Positions 58,634 through 62,372 of a stretch of DNA of 62,372 bases are shown one piece after another (positions within the stretch are counted from its first letter, which is position 1; the number at the start of each line of letters is the position of its first letter). This DNA is from an uncultured Candidatus Saccharibacteria bacterium (lineage in GTDB: Bacteria; Patescibacteriota; Doudnabacteria; UBA920). The notes beneath the pieces were generated by a model. That model was not told the origin of the DNA. It was given only the letters and a program-made list of their open reading frames with translations, and did not search any database. Where the stretch lies: NCBI GenBank assembly GCA_964484145.1, contig CAZAED010000001.1, forward strand, positions 20,790 through 83,161, in the 5' to 3' direction. The translations under genes were made by a program, and so were the position numbers.

Positions 58634-59797
58634 ATGAATCAAATAGAAGAAATTTTAAGCAGAGGCGTTGAGGAAGTTATAGACAAGGCGCATTTAGAAA
58701 GCCTGTTAAAAGGTAAAAAGAAATTGCGGATTAAGCTTGGTATAGACCCAACCTCCCCTAATATTCATATTGGCCGTGCTGTGGTTTTGTGGAAGCTCCG
58801 CGCTTTTCAGGAGCTGGGGCATAAAGTAGTTTTTATAGTAGGCGATTTTACCGGGCTTATTGGCGATACTTCGGACAAAGAGTCAGAAAGGCCAATGTTA
58901 GATGAAAAAATTATTAAAGCAAACCTTAAAAGTTATTTTGCCCAGGCGGCTAAAATTATAGACCCGAAAAAAGCGGAAATGCATTATAACTCTAAGTGGC
59001 TTAAGAAATTAGGCGCGCTTGAGATTGGCAAGCTGTCAGATCTGTTTGGAATGCACGAGATGTCTGTTCGGGAAAATATTGCCTTAAGGCTTAAGGCTGG
59101 TAAAAGAGTATCGGTGCGTGAATTATTGTACCCAATCTTTCAAGGTTATGACAGCGTGGCAGTAAAAGCCGATGTAGAACTTGGGGGCACAGATCAGCGG
59201 TTCAATTTGTTGGCCGGACGTACTATACAAAAAGCTTACGGGCAAGAGCCGCAGGATATTTTAACTACGCAAATTATGGAGGGTACAGACGGAAGGAAAA
59301 TGTCTTCTTCCTGGGGCAATACTGTAAACATTACTGAAGAGCCAAATAATATGTTTGGTAAAATAATGTCTATCCCAGACAGCTTAATAAAAAAATATTT
59401 TGTTTTGGCCACAAGGGTGGAAATTAGGGAAATAGATGAAATTTTAAAACTTCCAAATCCACGCGATCAAAAACTAAAACTTGCAGAGGAAATAACCAAG
59501 CTTTACCACGGCGACAAAAAAGCTTTGGTTGCTAAAGAAGCCTTTATTAGTCAATTCAGTAAAGGTGAGTTGCCGGAGGAAATAGAAACAAAAAGTTTAA
59601 AATCTGGCAGTTATAAGCTATCAGAATTAATGGTTTTAACAGGACAGGTTTCTAGTAAGTCGGAAGCGCGCAGATTAATAGAGCAAAAGGGTGTAAAGGT
59701 TAATCAGCAAACCAGTGGTGATATTGAGCTTGTGCTAGACGGGCAAAAAGAATATTTGCTGCAAGTAGGAAAAAGAAAATTTGTAAAAATAATATAA
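58634..59797 (+). CDS. tyrS: Tyrosine--tRNA ligase
   Basis: HIGH-type motif PNIHIGRAV, KMSKS-type motif KMSSS, and a C-terminal S4-like domain (SKSEARRLIEQKGVKVN). Confidence 0.85.
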   Translation: MNQIEEILSRGVEEVIDKAHLESLLKGKKKLRIKLGIDPTSPNIHIGRAVVLWKLRAFQELGHKVVFIVGDFTGLIGDTSDKESERPMLDEKIIKANLKSYFAQAAKIIDPKKAEMHYNSKWLKKLGALEIGKLSDLFGMHEMSVRENIALRLKAGKRVSVRELLYPIFQGYDSVAVKADVELGGTDQRFNLLAGRTIQKAYGQEPQDILTTQIMEGTDGRKMSSSWGNTVNITEEPNNMFGKIMSIPDSLIKKYFVLATRVEIREIDEILKLPNPRDQKLKLAEEITKLYHGDKKALVAKEAFISQFSKGELPEEIETKSLKSGSYKLSELMVLTGQVSSKSEARRLIEQKGVKVNQQTSGDIELVLDGQKEYLLQVGKRKFVKII

Positions 59798-59802
59798 ATT
59801 TA

Positions 59803-59828
59803 AAACCCCCTCAAAGCGAGGGGGTTTT
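59803..59828. terminator. Bidirectional terminator after tyrS
   Basis: aaaaccccctc-aaagc-gagggggtttt. Confidence 0.8.
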
Positions 59829-59831
59829 AGT

Positions 59832-59866
59832 ATCTGTGTAATCTGCAGTTATCTGCGCATCTGTGG
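59832..59866. repeat. Word array (atctg x4, period 8-10)
   Basis: tatctgtg taatctgcag ttatctgcg catctgtgg. Confidence 0.75.
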
Positions 59867-59868
59867 TC

Positions 59869-59991
59869 TTACATAGCAGCAGTTTCGCCACCTTCTTCTT
59901 TTTCTTCGGTGTCAGTGGCGGTGTCGTCGGCTGGCATAGCTGTGCCACCGTCGGTTGGAGCTCCAATAGGAGGTTCGTCGTCAAAAAACAT
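59869..59991 (-). CDS. Candidate 40-aa highly acidic peptide
   Basis: MFFDDEPPIGAPTDGGTAMPADDTATDTEEKEEGGETAAM. It is preceded on its own strand by a long polypurine tract ggaggggaggaggaaggaaaggaaag. Confidence 0.4.
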   Translation of the reverse strand: MFFDDEPPIGAPTDGGTAMPADDTATDTEEKEEGGETAAM

Positions 59992-60102
59992 TTTACTTTC
60001 CTTTCCTTCCTCCTCCCCTCCAAATTTTAGGAGAATAGGGGAAGTTATTTTTTTACTTAAACAACTCTTTAAAAAAGAATTGTACAAAAAGTATACCAGC
60101 GC

Positions 60103-60591
60103 CTATTTAATATGTCTAGTCTTAGAGTGGAAAAAACCCGCGCACATGGCAACTGCTAGGGCGTCTGCCGCATCGTCGGGCTTTGGGACTTTTTTTAAAT
60201 TAAAAGTTTTTTGCACCATATACTGCACCTGTTTTTTTTCTGCCTTGCCGTAACCGCAAATAAAGTTTTTTACTTGAAGTGGTGTGTATTCATAAATAGG
60301 GATTTTATGTTTTTCACAAATGTATAACGCAACGCCCCTAGCCTGTGTGACGGTAATAATAGTTTTTTGGTTGGTGGTAAAAAATATTTTTTCAATCCCC
60401 ACTGCTTCGGGTTTAAACTTTGCTATTATGTCCGAAATATCGTCCGCCAAAATTTTTAAACGCTCGGCATCGGTAAGTTTTTTGTCCGTAGCAATTACCC
60501 CAAAATCAACCAACTCCGGTTGGTTTTTATTTTGCTTTATTATTCCATAACCGGTCGTGGCTGTGCCGGGGTCAATACCCAAGATAATCAT
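60103..60591 (-). CDS. ruvC: Crossover junction endodeoxyribonuclease RuvC
   Basis: MIILGIDPGTATTGYGII plus the downstream catalytic acidic residues; 162 aa. Confidence 0.9.
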   Translation of the reverse strand: MIILGIDPGTATTGYGIIKQNKNQPELVDFGVIATDKKLTDAERLKILADDISDIIAKFKPEAVGIEKIFFTTNQKTIITVTQARGVALYICEKHKIPIYEYTPLQVKNFICGYGKAEKKQVQYMVQKTFNLKKVPKPDDAADALAVAMCAGFFHSKTRHIK

Positions 60592-60594
60592 AAA

Positions 60595-60984
60595 CTATGT
60601 AAGCTCTTGTTGAATTTTTATAATTTCTAAAACCGTTATCCTTCCATTATAATTAGGGTATACATCTTTCATTTTAGCTTCGGCATCTTGTTTGCTTGTG
60701 CCCGGCAATGCTTTATGTAACTGCCCTTTTTTATCTAGTTCGTCTAACGCTTCTTGTTTATTTTTATATGATATTTTTGCAGTAACTCTTACTTCTATGT
60801 TTCTATTATCGCCCCTAGCAAAAACAATATTTTGGCCGGGATTGATATTGGCGACCTCATCTTCCTTTCGAATTTCCAAAGTTTTTGTACCATTTTCAAT
60901 CATTTCGAAATATTCTTTCAAAATTCTAAAAAAAGGTTTGCCCCGAGCGAACTCTGGTGAGCGATGGTCACGATTATATCTCAT
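60595..60984 (-). CDS. ASCH (PUA-like) domain protein
   Basis: YFEMIENGTKTLEIRKEDE pattern; about 129 aa. Confidence 0.55.
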   Translation of the reverse strand: MRYNRDHRSPEFARGKPFFRILKEYFEMIENGTKTLEIRKEDEVANINPGQNIVFARGDNRNIEVRVTAKISYKNKQEALDELDKKGQLHKALPGTSKQDAEAKMKDVYPNYNGRITVLEIIKIQQELT

Positions 60985-60986
60985 AT

Positions 60987-61706
60987 TTATAAATTAGCCG
61001 ATGTATGAACGGCGATAACGTCTTCGTCGTTCTCTAATGCGGCAAATAAATTATCAACTTTTGGTTTTTGGTCTTCAGTTAAGTCTACGCCTTGGGAAGA
61101 TTCTTTAATAATATCGGCGCGGGCGATTTTTGCTCCGACTAATGTTATTGCTTCTTTAATTTTGCTCAACTCTAGGGGCGTAGTGTATATTTCAAGTCCC
61201 TCGGATGATTCTCGTACGTCATCTGCTCCCGCATCTATAGCCGCCAATTCTATTTCGGATAGGTTGTCAGAACGCTCAACCAGAATCTGCCCTTTGGTAC
61301 TAAATTGCCAGGCAACAGAATTTTGCGCTCCTATGCTGCCGCCGTGTTCGGTAAATATGTGACGAATATTTTGAAATGTTCTGTTGGTGTTGTCTGTGGC
61401 ACACTCAACTAAAAACGCTGTGCCAAAGGAGCCGTAGCCTTCGTATACAACCTCGGTTATGCTGCCTGCTCCCCCGCCGGTTGCAGCTTTTATAGCACGT
61501 TCAATATTGTCATTCGGCATGCCTTGGTCTTTGGCATAGTCTATGGCGCTTTTTAATTTAAAATTTACGCTAGGGTCTCCGCTTCCGCCACCCTCTTTAA
61601 CCGCGATTGATATTTTCTTTCCGAGCTTGGAATATAAAAGCCCGCGCTTTTGATCAAGCACGCCTTTGGTACGTTTTATTTGTGACCATTTACTGTGTCC
61701 GGACAT
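60987..61706 (-). CDS. YebC/PmpR-family transcriptional regulator
   Basis: MSGHSKWSQIKRTKG..DQKRG....KL.K.I..AVKEGG. Confidence 0.9.
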   Translation of the reverse strand: MSGHSKWSQIKRTKGVLDQKRGLLYSKLGKKISIAVKEGGGSGDPSVNFKLKSAIDYAKDQGMPNDNIERAIKAATGGGAGSITEVVYEGYGSFGTAFLVECATDNTNRTFQNIRHIFTEHGGSIGAQNSVAWQFSTKGQILVERSDNLSEIELAAIDAGADDVRESSEGLEIYTTPLELSKIKEAITLVGAKIARADIIKESSQGVDLTEDQKPKVDNLFAALENDEDVIAVHTSANL

Positions 61707-61707
61707 A

Positions 61708-62274
61708 CTAGTCTGCCTTTTTTATAATAATTTCCCTTACAACAATTGACGGAATCTCACCTTTTTTTTCTTCATAATAAGCTGTATGGCCTTCCTTGTT
61801 TAATTTACTGTTAATTCTGTTGAGTATTAGAGAATTCAATTTATCTAGCAGGCTTACAAATTTTCCGTTCTTTTTTAAAACTCGAATAACTTCCGGTACC
61901 CACTGGTTTATTTCTGAAGGTTTGCTAGCATGAACTCCTGGTCCGCCAACATCAAGGATGTAGTCAAAAGTTTCGTCAGCAAAAGGTAGATTTTGAGCAA
62001 TAGCAGCAACGGAGCTTTCTTTTTTTTCTGCGATGGGTTGGTGTTTTGGGTCAGTAAAGTCGGGGCTTAAGGATATTACTTTGCACTCAATATTATTTTT
62101 TTTAAGTTCTGTTGCAAAAAGTAATTTGGTGTTAGAGCCAAGATCGAGCACGGTTTTTCCTCTTAGGTCTTCTCGATTTACTCCAGTTAATTTTTCATAA
62201 AAAACTAGGCCTCTGGGTGGGGCACTTTCTATTGTATCCCTTTTCCATGAGTTGTTTGGGGGTAACTCCGGCAT
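61708..62274 (-). CDS. Class I SAM-dependent methyltransferase-like protein
   Basis: Motif I-like VLDLGSNT and a later D.ILDVGGP. Confidence 0.5.
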   Translation of the reverse strand: MPELPPNNSWKRDTIESAPPRGLVFYEKLTGVNREDLRGKTVLDLGSNTKLLFATELKKNNIECKVISLSPDFTDPKHQPIAEKKESSVAAIAQNLPFADETFDYILDVGGPGVHASKPSEINQWVPEVIRVLKKNGKFVSLLDKLNSLILNRINSKLNKEGHTAYYEEKKGEIPSIVVREIIIKKAD

Positions 62275-62277
62275 AAT

Positions 62278-62372
62278 TTATTTAAAAGAAATTAAAACAG
62301 TTAGCTCTCCCTTTATTGCGGCTCTGTCTTTTAGTTGGTGTATTACATCGTCTGGAGTGCCGCGAATAAATT
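62278..62372 (-). CDS. 3' end of an upstream gene (partial, runs off the window)
   Basis: The open frame ...FIRGTPDDVIHQLKDRAAIKGELTVLISFK ends at a stop 3 nt before the next gene's start. Function not recognised. Confidence 0.4.
   Translation of the reverse strand, partial: FIRGTPDDVIHQLKDRAAIKGELTVLISFK

Noticed and set aside
1-62372. Alternative genetic code (UGA recoding, as in some CPR lineages).
   Set aside because: Long conserved genes (dnaA, polA, uvrB, A2M) are uninterrupted under the standard code, and TGA is used as a terminal stop (for example at 14689-14691).
1-62372. tRNA, rRNA or CRISPR-cas loci.
   Set aside because: In the spacers I inspected, I recognised no cloverleaf-like GC-rich 70-90-nt segment, no rRNA signature and no cas gene. 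A tRNAscan-type search was not possible, so a missed tRNA cannot be ruled out.

Overview
Low-GC (by eye, high-30s % GC) bacterial chromosomal segment. All calls come from reading the sequence and the ORF translations; no searches, folding or statistics were run, and GC values are eyeball estimates. The gene content suggests a small-genome, monoderm, Patescibacteria/CPR-like organism (inference): three TrmB-family regulators, a FemX-like transferase, class A PBPs, a lone type IV pilus ATPase, giant surface proteins with PT linkers, tiny spacers and no biosynthetic operons. The window spans the replication-origin neighbourhood (rsmE, DUF721/DciA-like, recF, dnaN, dnaA, then divergent rpmH, rnpA, yidD, yidC, jag). 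It also carries scattered repair genes (ruvA, uvrB, polA, ruvB, ruvC) and envelope genes (FemX-like, two class A PBPs, O-antigen-ligase-like, VanW, an alpha-2-macroglobulin/PbpC pair, a 1757-aa glycosidase-like surface protein). Other genes include an NMT1-type ABC importer, rpsT, tyrS, tsaE and a YebC-family gene. Non-routine content: (1) A ~640-nt GC-rich, ORF-poor, helix-dense region with its own consensus promoter and terminator lies between ruvA and uvrB; I read it as a candidate large ncRNA of a class I cannot recognise. (2) Short-period (7, 9, 11, 16 nt) degenerate tandem 'word' arrays are pervasive and fall into a few recurring sequence families. They abut the start codons of housekeeping genes that lack a Shine-Dalgarno, and they also sit in-frame inside conserved genes (FemX-like, polA, uvrB, O-antigen-ligase-like). 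(3) GC-rich, codon-atypical islands encode secreted proteins behind consensus promoters; two of them share an identical 14-nt RBS. (4) A RayT-like Y1 transposase is bracketed by identical palindromes. (5) One leader element is shared by recF and rpmH and brackets dnaN-dnaA-oriC in inverted orientation. (6) A membrane-anchored Clp/Hsp100 ATPase has a degenerate first ATPase module. (7) polA and one TrmB-like gene appear to be leaderless.
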